From IMG/VR virus record IMGVR_UViG_3300028592_000010, positions 1 through 60,936 of that record: DNA of 60,936 nt; one strand, 5' to 3'. Numbering within the stretch: the stretch's first letter is position 1; every line of letters starts with the position of its first letter. Source of the DNA: a virus (Duplodnaviria; Caudoviricetes). The translations under genes and the position numbers were made by a program. Shown one piece after another: positions 48,895 through 59,776 of this stretch. The notes below the pieces were generated by a model. The model was not told where the DNA came from. It did not search any database and was given only the letters and a program-made list of their open reading frames with translations.

Positions 48895-49996
48895 GGGCGG
48901 GCTGGACCTGCTGTACCGCCAGGCCCTGGCGGCCCCGCACGAGCCGTACATGCGCACCGAGGTCTGGTCGGGGGGCACCCGGATCATCGACGACCTCGTG
49001 CTTCAGTCGGGCAACGTCGGGGAGACCCTGACCTCTCGCGTGTCGCGCGTGTATGACTTCACGGTCACCGAGGATCTGTACCCGGTGGACCCGGGCGATG
49101 CGCTGGCCCCGTTCGGCAACCATGTCCAGGCCTACCGGGGCATCCGGTTCGCCGAGGGCACCACGTACTCGTGGCCCGTGTTCCGGGGAAAGATCGACGA
49201 GGTGCACCTGGACGACCAGGGCCTGGTAACCGTGCACTGCGAGGACCGGGCCGCCGAGGTCATTGACGATACGTTCGAGGTGCCGCGCAACTCGGACGTG
49301 GGCGACCTCGCCACGACGCAGGTACGCACCCTGATCGACGAAGCCCTTCCGGATGCGCAGTTCGGCCCGTTCGATGAGTTCTTCAACCGCATGCCGATCC
49401 TGACCTGGGAGCACGACCGGGGCAACGCCCTGGACGAGATCGCGACCTCCCTCGGCGCGTTCTGGTACCCGCTGGCCGATGGGCGCTTCGTGCTGCGGCG
49501 CTACCCCTGGACCGTGCCGGGCACGCCCGTCGTCACGCTGGCGGACGGCCCGGGCGGGACCATCACCGGCTCATCGGCGGTGCGGGACCGGCACCGCATC
49601 TACAACTCGGTGACCGTGACGGGGGAGCGCGCGGACGGCACGCCACCCTCGTTCGCCACCGTCCACGACGACGACCCGACCAGCCCCACGTTCATTGACG
49701 GCCCGTTCGGGCGGCGCAACCTGCTCCGCAAGCTGCGCACGCCGCTGAACAGTGAGGCGTGCCGGGCAGCGGCGCGGCAACTGCTGCACCGGGCGACCGC
49801 CCTCACCGAGGCGTGGACGTTCTCGGCCGTGCCCGACGCGGCGCTGGAGTTGGGCGACGTGATTGCGCTGGACGTGCGGGGTCGCCAGGGCGTTGTGCAG
49901 GTCGTGGCGTCAATCTCGATGCCCATGGACACCAAGGGGATCATGAACGTAGGCTGCCGGGCACTCGTGGTAGGCCAACTGGAGGAGGTCGGATGA
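48887..49996 (+). CDS. Minor tail (hub) protein
   Basis: LAPFGN...YRGI, YNSVTVTGE, D.DPTSPT...GPFG, PDAALELGDVI. Confidence 0.75.
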   Translation: MLEGGLDLLYRQALAAPHEPYMRTEVWSGGTRIIDDLVLQSGNVGETLTSRVSRVYDFTVTEDLYPVDPGDALAPFGNHVQAYRGIRFAEGTTYSWPVFRGKIDEVHLDDQGLVTVHCEDRAAEVIDDTFEVPRNSDVGDLATTQVRTLIDEALPDAQFGPFDEFFNRMPILTWEHDRGNALDEIATSLGAFWYPLADGRFVLRRYPWTVPGTPVVTLADGPGGTITGSSAVRDRHRIYNSVTVTGERADGTPPSFATVHDDDPTSPTFIDGPFGRRNLLRKLRTPLNSEACRAAARQLLHRATALTEAWTFSAVPDAALELGDVIALDVRGRQGVVQVVASISMPMDTKGIMNVGCRALVVGQLEEVG

Positions 49997-50637
49997 CGCT
50001 GGAGACTGCCATCTACGGCCTGCCCTACCAGGAGGCTACCGATGCACCCTGCGACGCGCCCGAGGTCTGGTGCGACCTTGCCAGCCGGGTCAACGAGGTG
50101 ATGACGGGGTCCAAGAATGTGATCGACCGACTGGAGCCCACCGTGCCGCTGGCGGTCGTAACCCGCACCACCCAGCAGGTGTTCGACACCAACACGGGCC
50201 CGATCGTCTGGGACACGGTCGAGGCCGACACGGATGCCATGGTCGACTTCGACGCCTCGGCCGTGTTCGTCTTCCCTCGCCGCACGGGCATCTACGAGGT
50301 GAGCCTATGGGCCCAGGTGTTCAGTTCCACCACCCCGATCGACACCCTGCTCCAATTGTTCATCGTCTCGGCCCTGACCAACTTCCCCACGCCCTTCTCG
50401 GCGTCGGGTTCCGCCAGCCTGTCCGGCCTCGGCCAGGACGACTTCGGCTCGTTCGCCCCGGGCGCCAACAACCGCTACCACATCCGCGCTTTCTCCAGCG
50501 TGCTGGTCGACGACTCGTTCCTTAACCAGAGCGCGTTCAACAGCGGTGGGTTCGGGGCGGCCATCAGCCTGGCCAACGGCGTCACTGTCGTCGAGGCGGC
50601 CCGGCTGTCCGCGTACTACGTGCGGGAGGCGCTCTGA
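49993..50637 (+). CDS. Minor tail protein
   Basis: T..YGLPY N-terminus, RTGIYEV; tail module. Confidence 0.6.
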   Translation: MTLETAIYGLPYQEATDAPCDAPEVWCDLASRVNEVMTGSKNVIDRLEPTVPLAVVTRTTQQVFDTNTGPIVWDTVEADTDAMVDFDASAVFVFPRRTGIYEVSLWAQVFSSTTPIDTLLQLFIVSALTNFPTPFSASGSASLSGLGQDDFGSFAPGANNRYHIRAFSSVLVDDSFLNQSAFNSGGFGAAISLANGVTVVEAARLSAYYVREAL

Positions 50638-51287
50638 TGGACAGCACCGGCCCGAGCTTTGACCTGCCCTGCCCGAGCCCCAACGACTACGCGGCGCTCC
50701 CGCTCTACATGCAGCGCCTGGCCGAAGAGGTTGAGGCGGACCAGGTGGCCCTGCGGTCACGCATCTCGGCGGCCTACCGTCCGCCCATCGCCATCTGGCG
50801 CAGGGCCCCGGCCGGCACGGTCGGGTTCGGAAGCTCCGGCATGGAGATCAGCTTCTCGGCGGCGGACCTGGTGTTCTACAACTACCTGAGCCTGATCAAC
50901 CAACCGCCCCAGATGGACACCTTCGCCCTCAGCGTGACCCGGCCTGGCCTGTGGCGCCTCGGGTGGTTCGCCAACACCCAGGCGACCGGGGCCGTCACGG
51001 CCGGCTCGACCCGCATCCTGGACGTGGGCGTCGGTCGGCAGGATCCGACCGGGAGCAGCAAGACCATCGTGGGCGTGGCCAGCCGCTACGTGCGTGAGAC
51101 GCAGTCCTTCTTCGCCTCGGGCGAGTTCTTTGGTTCGGACACGGGGTTCGTGGTCGACACCGATCCGGACCGCTACAGCGCGGTGTTCCGCTTCACCCAC
51201 GGCAACGCGGCGAGCACGGTTCAGGTCGTGAGCATCACCGCCTGGCTGCGGTTCGTGGGCGCCCCCGAGCCGATCGAGGTGACGTGA
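50637..51287 (+). CDS. Minor tail protein
   Basis: LPCP...D...MQRLAE, RPGLW; tail module. Confidence 0.6.
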   Translation: MDSTGPSFDLPCPSPNDYAALPLYMQRLAEEVEADQVALRSRISAAYRPPIAIWRRAPAGTVGFGSSGMEISFSAADLVFYNYLSLINQPPQMDTFALSVTRPGLWRLGWFANTQATGAVTAGSTRILDVGVGRQDPTGSSKTIVGVASRYVRETQSFFASGEFFGSDTGFVVDTDPDRYSAVFRFTHGNAASTVQVVSITAWLRFVGAPEPIEVT

Positions 51288-51835
51288 TGGCCGGCACCAC
51301 CCCCGTGTTCGGGCTGCCGTATCCGCACATGTCAGATCCGATCGACCCGGCGGCGTTCGCCGCCCTGGCCAGCGCCATCGAGGCCGTGCTGGCCGGCACC
51401 CAGCAGTTGCTCGATCTGCGCCTGCGGCCACCCACCGTGGCGCTCCAAATCTCCTCGGTTGCCGTGATCGCCCCGGCCACGCCCACCACCCTGTCGTTCG
51501 GCAGCGAGTTCTACGACTCGCACGGCATGTGGTCGTCCGGCACGAACGTGACGGTCCAGCTAACCGGCATCTACCACGTGGGCTTCACTGACGCGGTCAT
51601 GGCCGGCTTCGCCACCCACACCAGCACCGAGTTCATCATCCGCGTCAACGGCGTCAACACGCTCACCGAGCGGCGGTTCGCGTCGCTGGCCTCCTCGGAG
51701 AACCTGTCGTTCGGGGGCCTGCTCATTCTCAACGCGGGTGACGTGATCACCGTGCAGTGCCAGTTCTCGGGCACCGGCAACAGCAACTTCCAGGTCGGCC
51801 ACTTCTACGCTGACTTCATCGCTCCACTGGTCTAA
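51284..51835 (+). CDS. Minor tail protein (C1q-like beta domain)
   Basis: TTPVFGLPYP, TGIYHV, LNAGDVI. Confidence 0.6.
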   Translation: MMAGTTPVFGLPYPHMSDPIDPAAFAALASAIEAVLAGTQQLLDLRLRPPTVALQISSVAVIAPATPTTLSFGSEFYDSHGMWSSGTNVTVQLTGIYHVGFTDAVMAGFATHTSTEFIIRVNGVNTLTERRFASLASSENLSFGGLLILNAGDVITVQCQFSGTGNSNFQVGHFYADFIAPLV

Positions 51836-51846
51836 GGAGGACGGCT

Positions 51847-52527
51847 ATGCCAGTGAACTCGGCCGACCAGCAGATCACCACCCCGGTGCTCGGCGACCCG
51901 GCCAACATCGTTACCGCCTTCGGCGACTACACCACCGATGTGGAGCCACGGCTGGTCAAGAAGTACGCCGACGCGGCCGACCGTACGGCCCGCAACGCGG
52001 CGCCCACCAACGGGGAGGTCAGCTTCCTGACCAACCCGGGCCGCTACGAGGTCTGGATGGCGCCGGTGGTTTCGGCCTGGTGGGAGATGCGCAAGCTCTA
52101 CATCACCAAGGCGACGGAGACTCAGGTGGTCAACAACTCGACCGCCCTGGTGAACGACTCGCACCTGCTGCTGCCGTTGCAGATCAACGCCCGGTACGAA
52201 CTCAAGGGCATGATCGTTCTCGACACGGGGACCACCTCGGACTTCAAGTGCGACTGGACCGGCCCGGCCGGCTTCTCCATGCCGCGCTGGCTCACCCAGG
52301 CGCCCGACACGGCGGCCAACGTTAACCGAGGCTCGGCTGCCGCCAGCAACGTGCAGACGGTTAACGGGGCAGGCATCGGCACCTTCCTGTACGTTCCCAT
52401 CACAGGCATCGTCGTCACCGCCGGTACCGCCGGCAACCTCCAGTTCCGCTGGGCCCAGAACACTCTTGAGGCCGTCAACACCCGCGTGAAGACCGACTCC
52501 TACATCGCGCTCACCCGCGTGGGGTGA
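51847..52527 (+). CDS. Minor tail/fibre protein
   Basis: YADAADR.A..AAP..G, NSTALVND, GNLQFRWAQN. Confidence 0.65.
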   Translation: MPVNSADQQITTPVLGDPANIVTAFGDYTTDVEPRLVKKYADAADRTARNAAPTNGEVSFLTNPGRYEVWMAPVVSAWWEMRKLYITKATETQVVNNSTALVNDSHLLLPLQINARYELKGMIVLDTGTTSDFKCDWTGPAGFSMPRWLTQAPDTAANVNRGSAAASNVQTVNGAGIGTFLYVPITGIVVTAGTAGNLQFRWAQNTLEAVNTRVKTDSYIALTRVG

Positions 52528-52591
52528 CTCCCGTAGGGGAGGACCATCTGCCATGATCGCTACAGGACTGCGGCGGGTGGGGAGATGGTGC

Positions 52592-53002
52592 ATGGATGTC
52601 GAAACGGTCGTGGTCGCGGCGTTGAGTGCCATCTTTGGGGGCGGCACCGCTTCGGCGATCACGACAGCGGTCTCTCGCCGTCGCCTGACCAAGGCCGAGG
52701 CTGCCGACTCCCTCACCGACTCGGCCATCGAGTTGCTGAACACCGTCAAAGCCGACGCCCGAGCCGACCTGACCGCGATGCGCACCGAGGTGGCCGAGGC
52801 CCGCCGCGAGACCGCCGAGGCGCGGCGGGAGGCCTCGGAGCTACGCCAGCAACTGCGCCAGGTCTCCATCGACGCCGAGGTGCTGGTCAAGTACCTCAAC
52901 CGGGTGGTGAGTGCCATCCACGACCCGGACATGACCATGGAGCGGCTGCGCCTGCTGGTCGGTTCCGGGCCGCCACCCAACGGGCGTAGCCTGCCAGCAT
53001 GA
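52592..53002 (+). CDS. Membrane-anchored coiled-coil protein (lysis-associated)
   Basis: N-terminal hydrophobic segment with GGG, then a coiled coil. Confidence 0.55.
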   Translation: MDVETVVVAALSAIFGGGTASAITTAVSRRRLTKAEAADSLTDSAIELLNTVKADARADLTAMRTEVAEARRETAEARREASELRQQLRQVSIDAEVLVKYLNRVVSAIHDPDMTMERLRLLVGSGPPPNGRSLPA

Positions 53003-53241
53003 GTGGTGATCTTCTTTCGGTGCGGGCCGACGCCCAGGACCGCAGTTGGCGCACGTTCCTCCAGGGCCTCGGCATCGACCTGGTGACCGCCGCCGTGATC
53101 GTGCTGGCCATGAACATGGCCGACCTCCAGTGGACGGCGGCGTACTGGGCCGTGATCGGGACGACGGTGGCGAAGAGTCTGGTCCAGGCGTTTGTTGCCT
53201 ACTGGATGCGTATGTTCGTCGCGCCCAAGCCGCCCCGTTGA
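52999..53241 (+). CDS. Holin
   Basis: Two transmembrane segments, RSWRTFLQG, basic C-terminus. Confidence 0.7.
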   Translation: MSGDLLSVRADAQDRSWRTFLQGLGIDLVTAAVIVLAMNMADLQWTAAYWAVIGTTVAKSLVQAFVAYWMRMFVAPKPPR

Positions 53242-53293
53242 CCAGGGCAACCCTGTATTGTCGTCTGTGACAACGACTAGGCTAGGAGGGCCG

Positions 53294-53560
53294 ATGCAGG
53301 ATCAACTGGTCGACCTTGCCGGCATTGCTGACCTGCTGGGCGTCGCCTCGGTGACACCGCAGCAGTGGCGCCAGCGCAACCAGTTGCCCGAGCCGGATGT
53401 GCCCGACTTCCCGGACAAGCCCCTGTGGAAGGCTTCCACGATCGTCGCGTGGGCTCGGGCCACCAACCGGTGGCCACCGGGTCGAGCGGCTCGACCGGCC
53501 ATGCAACGTCGCGAGCGACCGCAGCGCAGCGTCGACTTGATCGACACCAACGAAGTGTGA
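53294..53560 (+). CDS. AlpA/MerR-like HTH protein
   Basis: LVDLAGIADLLGV...TPQQWRQR..LPEPD....PLW....I.AWA. Confidence 0.7.
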   Translation: MQDQLVDLAGIADLLGVASVTPQQWRQRNQLPEPDVPDFPDKPLWKASTIVAWARATNRWPPGRAARPAMQRRERPQRSVDLIDTNEV

Positions 53561-53589
53561 CGCCCCACGTCTTGAGAGGGGTAGAGGAA

Positions 53590-54138
53590 ATGAAGCTCAG
53601 AACGAGAATTGGCGCGGTGCTTGTCGCCGCGCTCGTCGGCCTCGGGGTGGCTGCGTCACCGGCCTACGCCGGCTCGTACCTGCACGTGGTGCGGCACTTC
53701 AGCAACGGGTGGTGCCTGGAGGTTCCGTTCGATCCAGCCACCGGCGGCGGCTCGATGGTGATGGGCGAGCAGTTGCGCATGGGTGTCTGCGGTCCGCAGA
53801 CGACGTGGTACCAGAACTTCTGGTTCGAGGACGCGGGAGCGCCGTGGCTGTACTTCCTGCGGCCGGGCCACAACCTGTGGTGCGTGCAGCCCGGCGTGGT
53901 CAGCCTGCAACGCTCAACGCTCATTCAGTGGGCGTGCACCTGGGGCAACGAGCAGAAGTGGCTGCTGGAGCAGGTGGCCCCCGGGTCGTCGGGCTATACG
54001 TTGAGGAACGCCCAGTCGGGAATGTGCCTCACCGTTGAGGACGACAACCTCGGGCAGTACGTCCGGCAGAGCCTCAACTGTGCACACGGGCTCGATCCAC
54101 TGCGGAGCACTTGGCGACTGCCGCTCCCCGGGCACTGA
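53590..54138 (+). CDS. Secreted ricin B-type (beta-trefoil) lectin
   Basis: Sec signal peptide ending SPAYA; NGWCLEV, QNFW, QWAC..GNEQKW, SGMCLTV repeats. Confidence 0.8.
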   Translation: MKLRTRIGAVLVAALVGLGVAASPAYAGSYLHVVRHFSNGWCLEVPFDPATGGGSMVMGEQLRMGVCGPQTTWYQNFWFEDAGAPWLYFLRPGHNLWCVQPGVVSLQRSTLIQWACTWGNEQKWLLEQVAPGSSGYTLRNAQSGMCLTVEDDNLGQYVRQSLNCAHGLDPLRSTWRLPLPGH

Positions 54139-54140
54139 GC

Positions 54141-54182
54141 CACCAACCCAGCCTGTTACAGCCAGGCTGGGTTGGTCTTTTT
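54141..54182 (+). terminator. Intrinsic terminator
   Basis: ACCAACCCAGCCTG...CAGGCTGGGTTGGT followed by a T run. Confidence 0.8.
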
Positions 54183-54693
54183 CCGGGGCCTACCGCCTGG
54201 GCGGCACCGGCGGTATGGTCTCGCCACCAGAGACAGTGCAGCGGCCCCCGGGGGGGCTCGGGGGCCGCTTCGTGGAAGGACTGACGGGTCACTTCGGCAT
54301 TGACCATACCCTCTGCCGTCGCGGCCCGTGTAGGACACGACGAGGAGGGGCGCCTTGCAGTCTGCGTGGACACCGCGTTTCAACGCGCTGGAGCATGGCC
54401 TGTTCCGCTGGGTGGTGGAGCGGGTTGCGATCGACGAGTATCAGTGGAACCGGGCCCGGGCCGAGTCCGGGCTGGTCGGTACATGCCGCCTCTGCGGCGG
54501 CCACCTGCGGCCCCTGCCCACCGAGCCTGAGGGAACCTCGGCCATCGCCTGGCTGGAGGCCCGGTGTGTCCTGTGCGGGCACGAGATTGCCTCCCCCGGG
54601 GGGCGGGTGCTGCGCCGCTCGTCTCGCCGCTCGGAGCAGCCTCCCGGCTGGTGGGAGTGGCGTGAGTCCCAACTGACTGACCGGGACTGATCA

Positions 54694-55602
54694 GTGCCGC
54701 GCTCCCGTGCCATGATCCTGACCACCATCTGGGCAGACGCCGACTTCGTGGCCCTGTCCCCGGACGCCAAGCTGGTCTACCTGCTGCTGCTCTCCCAGCC
54801 CGACCTGAGCCACCTCGGCGTGCTCTCCCTGGCCCAGCACCGGTGGGCGCGGGCGGCGGGTGGCACCCCCGAGTGGGTGGAGGACTGCCTCACCGACCTG
54901 GCCGCCGCGCGGTTCATCGTCCTGGACGTCGAGGCCCAGCAGGTGCTCATCCGCTCGTTTCTGCGCAACGACCAGGTGTGCCGCCAGCCCAACGTGCTCC
55001 GGGCGGCCTGCTCGGCCATCGCCATGGTCGCCTCCCGGCGCATCGCGACCGCCTTGCTGGACGAGGTGGCCCGGATCAGTGCCGAGGAACGCACCGAGAA
55101 GACGGGCCCAGTCCTCGACGAGATGAAGGCGCTGCTTGGAACCCTCGGCGAAGGGTTTCCGGAACCGTTCGGCGAAGGGTTCGCCAAACCCCACGCGAAG
55201 GGTTCGGAGAACCCTTCGGGGAACCCTCTAGGGGATAGGGGAAGGGGTAAGGGGGTTACTGGAGAGGTTGCGGTTCGCGCGCGCGCGCGAGGCAGCCGCA
55301 TCCCCGACCCGTTCCCGATCACCCCGGAGATGGTCGCCTGGGCCCGGGAGCGCGTGCCGCAGGTCGACGGCAAGCGCGAGACCGAGAAGTTCGTGAACTA
55401 CTGGACCGCCAAAACCGGCGCCCAGGCGACCAAGCTGGACTGGCCGGCCACGTGGCGCAACTGGATGCTGGGTGCCGCCGAGAGGTTGCGCAGCCCGGGC
55501 TCGGCCCCGTTGGCTTCGACGACGGACGCGCGGGTGGCGGCGGCCCTGGAGGTCGGGGAGCGCCTGCAACGGCAGATGGAGGGCGGCGGTGAACCTCGCT
55601 GA
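54694..55602 (+). CDS. Replication initiator (RepA/O-like)
   Basis: TIWADADF..LS..AKLVYLLLLSQPDL..LG; C-terminal FVNYW......KLDWPATWRNW. Confidence 0.75.
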   Translation: MPRSRAMILTTIWADADFVALSPDAKLVYLLLLSQPDLSHLGVLSLAQHRWARAAGGTPEWVEDCLTDLAAARFIVLDVEAQQVLIRSFLRNDQVCRQPNVLRAACSAIAMVASRRIATALLDEVARISAEERTEKTGPVLDEMKALLGTLGEGFPEPFGEGFAKPHAKGSENPSGNPLGDRGRGKGVTGEVAVRARARGSRIPDPFPITPEMVAWARERVPQVDGKRETEKFVNYWTAKTGAQATKLDWPATWRNWMLGAAERLRSPGSAPLASTTDARVAAALEVGERLQRQMEGGGEPR

Positions 55603-56041
55603 GGTGGCCCAGGTGCTCGCCAAGGCGGCGGCGTTCGACCGCCGCACGGTGGGCGAGGCCGACGTGATGGCCTGGTGGGAGGCCATCAACGACCTGGACG
55701 TGGCCGATGCCCTCGTGGCGGTCACCCGCTGGTACCGGGACCGACCCGACTGGCTGATGCCCTCGCACCTGCGGGAGGCGGTGCGGCTGGTCGAGGCCGA
55801 CCGGGCGAAGGCCGAGCGGCTGGCCCAGGCCGAGGCCATGGCGGAGTCGGCCATCCTGCCCGCCCAGCGCCCCGCTGGCGGCCCGTTCGCCGAACTCCCG
55901 CCGGATGTGCAGGCCGACCTCTCCGAGGCTTCTAGGGGGCTTCTCCGGGCGGTCCTCGACGAGCGGTTCTCCGAGCCGCCACGTCCGGCGCCCTCCGTCC
56001 TCGATGTGTATGCTCGGCCGAGACAGGAGGGGGAGCGATGA
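55589..56041 (+). CDS. Helicase loader-like protein
   Basis: VLAKAAAFDRRTVGEADVMAW...AV..WY.....LMP; directly follows the rep gene. Confidence 0.6.
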   Translation: MNLAEVAQVLAKAAAFDRRTVGEADVMAWWEAINDLDVADALVAVTRWYRDRPDWLMPSHLREAVRLVEADRAKAERLAQAEAMAESAILPAQRPAGGPFAELPPDVQADLSEASRGLLRAVLDERFSEPPRPAPSVLDVYARPRQEGER

Positions 56042-56306
56042 GCAGGGCAACTGGACTCACGTACGAGCAGCGCACCGGCCGCATGGAGGCCGCGATCGTG
56101 GCCGGCAAGGGGTTCACACCGCGCCAGTGGCGCCGCCACGAGAAGAAGCTCGCCAAGATCATGCACATGGACCGCCCCGGGTGGCGACCGGCGCGACCCG
56201 AGGAGACCCCGGGGCAGATGGGGCCTGAACTGGTCGTGCCGGTGGAGGCCGACACCGTGTACCGGGTCGAGACCCGCTTCGGTGGCCGGCAGGGAGGGCG
56301 GAGCCG

Positions 56307-57410
56307 GTGAGCACCGATGTGGTGCTGCGCCGCTCTGACGTGCCGGGCGACTTCCAGGCCCAGGTCGAGATGGCCAAGTACCTGGCCGGGTCCAGCCTGC
56401 TGCCGGCCCACCTGCGCGGCCAGCCGGCCAACGTGTTCGTGGTGCTCCAGGGGGCGCGCGCGCTCGACGTGAGCGCGTTCTGGGCCCTCCAGTCGATGCA
56501 CGTCATCGACGGCAAGCTGAGCATGGCGGCCGAACTGATGCGGGCCCTGGTGAACCGGGCCGGCCACCGTGTGCGGGTGGTCGAGCGGACCAGCCAGCGG
56601 GCTGTGGTGGAGATCCAGCGCTCCGACCGGGACGAGCCCTACCGGGCCGAGTTCACCTGGGAGGATGCCAAGGCGGCCAAGCTGACCGGCAAGACCAACT
56701 GGCAGGGCTACCCCAAGTCGATGATGGTGGCCCGGGCGACCGCTATCGCGGTTCGGGACGAGTGCCCGGATGTGCTGTTCGGAATGGTCTACACCCCGGA
56801 CGAGTTGGGCGCGATCACCAACGAGGACGGAGAGCCCCTCACCGACGCCGAGGGCAAGCCGATGGTGGACGCCGTGGAGGTCGTGCCGTTCAACGACGAC
56901 GAGGCCCTGGAGGTCGCCGCCGCACTGGCCAACGCCGACCTGGCCGAGGTGGTCGCCACCTGGCAGCGCACCCTCGACCGAGGCTCGGCGCTGGTGCGCG
57001 TGCCCGAAAGCGATCAGTCACTGGCCGACTACTTGTACGCCCGCCTGGCCATCGAGGCCCAGGTGGCCGGCACCAAGGCCGAGGCGCGCGTGTTGTGGGA
57101 CGTGGCCAACCTGTGCAAGGTCGACAACACCGTCACCGTCACCATCGGAGGCGAGGAGTGGGCGTTACGCGCCTACCTGGTGCAGGCCGGCAAGGCCCTG
57201 CCCGAGGTGGCCGAGCCGGAACCGGAGCAGCCGCCCGAGACCGATCACGCGCGCAAGCTCCGGGAGGACGCCGAGGCGTCGTGGGCGACCCAGGAGGCGG
57301 CCAACCGGGAGAAGGCGTTCGACGATCTGGCCGCCCACCGCAAGGAGGCGGCCGAACGGCTCGGGCGCAACCTGCCCGAGCCCGTTGTGGAGGGGGAAGT
57401 CGTTGAGTGA
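56307..57410 (+). CDS. RecT-like single-strand annealing protein
   Basis: SSLLPAHLRGQPANV, HVIDGK, NWQGYPKSMMVARA, PDVLFGMVYTPDE. Confidence 0.8.
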   Translation: MSTDVVLRRSDVPGDFQAQVEMAKYLAGSSLLPAHLRGQPANVFVVLQGARALDVSAFWALQSMHVIDGKLSMAAELMRALVNRAGHRVRVVERTSQRAVVEIQRSDRDEPYRAEFTWEDAKAAKLTGKTNWQGYPKSMMVARATAIAVRDECPDVLFGMVYTPDELGAITNEDGEPLTDAEGKPMVDAVEVVPFNDDEALEVAAALANADLAEVVATWQRTLDRGSALVRVPESDQSLADYLYARLAIEAQVAGTKAEARVLWDVANLCKVDNTVTVTIGGEEWALRAYLVQAGKALPEVAEPEPEQPPETDHARKLREDAEASWATQEAANREKAFDDLAAHRKEAAERLGRNLPEPVVEGEVVE

Positions 57411-58357
57411 GCCGAGCCTGCGCACCCTCACTGAAGAGGCTGCCATCTGGTCCGCCGTGAAGGACGCGGTGCTGAAGCGCTACGCACACGCGCGCAGGGC
57501 CGTCGAGGAGGCGATGCGCGACGTGGGGGCCGAGAAGATGCGCGCCCGGGACGCGGGCGGGGAGGAGATCGGCACGCTCACGATCGGCGAAGGCCGCTAC
57601 GTGGCCGAGATCGAGGACCTCGATGCCCTGGTGAAGTGGGTGGTCCGCAACCGACCGGACGAGGTGCACCAGGTGGTTACGGACACCATCCGCCCGGCCT
57701 ACCTGGCCTGGATCATCACGCAGGCCGAGTCGAACGCGGCCGACCCAGAGGGCCCTGGCCCGGTGGCGGTCGACCGGGAGACGGGTGCGGTCATCCCGGG
57801 CGTGAAGGCCACGTGGCGAGACGGCAGTCTGCGGGTGCTCGCGACCGGGGGCGCCAAGCAACGGGTGGCGGCCATCGTCGAGCGCACCCGTCTCGCCATC
57901 AGCCCCGCCCCGGAGGACGCTGGTGTATGGTCGGACGAGACAACCGACCCCGAGGAGGGACCGTGACCAGTACCGACCTGGCCCAGAACGGCAACGTGCG
58001 CCTCATGCCCCAGCACCCGCTCGGCCGTGGCGTGGGCGTGTCCTACGAGGAGGCCGCCGACTTCGGCGCGCTCGCCGCTGCCGCAGGCCTGGAGCGGGCC
58101 GAGATCACCGGCATCTCGCACGCCATCCAGGAGGCCGCGTTCGAGGTGTGCCAGCGGGTCACGCCCGAGATCCTCAAGCGGGTCAACGCGGCGGCGGCCC
58201 GTCGCCTGGACCGGCTGGCCCAGGCCGTTCGGGTCCTGGCCTCGCCGCAGACCGGCGCGGTGAGCACGCTGTTCAGCGGCTACGCGCGCGACGCGCTGGT
58301 GTCGCGCCAGGAGGTTCTGCTGCTCATCGAGCAGGCCAAGGCGGCCAGTTCGGTCTG

Positions 58358-58747
58358 ATGGAGTGGTACGCGGCCAAGGCCCTGGCCCTCGTGCGGGCAC
58401 ACCAACTGTGCGAGGGCTGCGGGACCGCGTTCGCTGACGACGTGCACCACAGGCAGCCCCGTGGAATGGGTGGAGTCCACGGGGCTGCCGCACGTGAGGC
58501 CCACCGGGGTTACAACCTGCTGGCCCTGTGCCGCCGCTGCCACGACCTCACCGAGGCGGAGCCCGCGCTATGTCGAGCCCAGGGCTGGCTCGTGCCCCAC
58601 CCCATCCAGGTGGCGCTCATCCCGGCGCTCATCGTGCCCATCTACGGGCGGGCCTGGTACTACCTCGATGCCGAGTTCGGCTACCGCCCCTGCAACCAGC
58701 ACCGGGCGAACGGGATCCTGCGCGGCTACGGCCTGGTAGCGCCCTGA
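58358..58747 (+). CDS. HNH endonuclease
   Basis: CEGC, HHRQPRGMGG, NLLALCRRCH. Confidence 0.85.
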   Translation: MEWYAAKALALVRAHQLCEGCGTAFADDVHHRQPRGMGGVHGAAAREAHRGYNLLALCRRCHDLTEAEPALCRAQGWLVPHPIQVALIPALIVPIYGRAWYYLDAEFGYRPCNQHRANGILRGYGLVAP

Positions 58748-59693
58748 TTCCCTTGCGGCAGTGGGGAACCCAACCGGCGGTTCTGTATGTCGAGGGTTGA
58801 CAACGGCATGGTGAACCTCAATCCTTTGTCTGGACACGACAGACAGGAGAGGGGGGCAACCGTGCTGGCAGAGTCGGCTGGCATCGCGGCGGCCATGGGG
58901 GAGCACTGGGCCGAGGTGGGCGTTACGGGATCCGCCGTCTGGCTCGCATACGTAACGCAGTTCCCGTACCACGTTCGGCGGCGCCACGTCGCCAAGGTCA
59001 GGCGGGTCTGGGTGGTCATCGTCGACCGCACCGGGCACCGCGTCCGGTGGCTCTGCTGGCAGGTCACCTACTTCATGCCCGGGCGCGAGCGGCGCCCGTG
59101 GTTCTACCGCGACGACGACTCCGAGGAGGAGTGAGCATGTGCATCATGGAGGTTCGGCCCGAGCAGCACCACGCGACCATCGCGCAGGCCATGGCCCACA
59201 ACACGTCCACCATCGACCGCGACCTGGAGATGTTCGTGGAGGTGCTGCGGGCGCGCTCGCACCACGACCCCGAGGTCATCGCCGCCCTGGACAGCGTCCT
59301 GTCGGCCCAGAGCCAGGTGCATAGGGCCTACGCCCAGTTGCTCACCGTCTTCGGCGAGATGGTCGCGGCGGGCGTCGCCACCACCGAGGGCCACGTTCAC
59401 GAGCACGACCACGGCAACGAGCGCTCGTTTGTCGAGGCGGTCCAGGCCGCGACCCGCCGGGCCCGGCGGTTCGAGACCCGCTGACCCACGAGCCAGTAGC
59501 TGCGCCCGTGCGGCTGGTCGACAAGCTGCGCTATCGGTGGGCCACACCGTGGTGCGGGTTCCTGTTGATCGACTGAAGCGGAAGGGAATTGATCCCCCGG
59601 ACGCACGCGGGACAGCCTGACCGGACGGGTACCCGTCCGGTCAGGCCTCGGGGGCCCCCTAGTCGTACGGCCAAGATTTCTGTATGGCGCGGG

Positions 59694-59723
59694 TTGACAG
59701 GGCCCGGATCCTCCCCGTATGGT
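59694..59723 (+). promoter_or_regulatory. Sigma70-type early promoter
   Basis: TTGACA-N18-TATGGT. Confidence 0.8.
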
Positions 59724-59776
59724 TTAGGCATACACAACGGGCCGCCGGGGCCCGGGAAGACCGAAGGGAAGAGATC

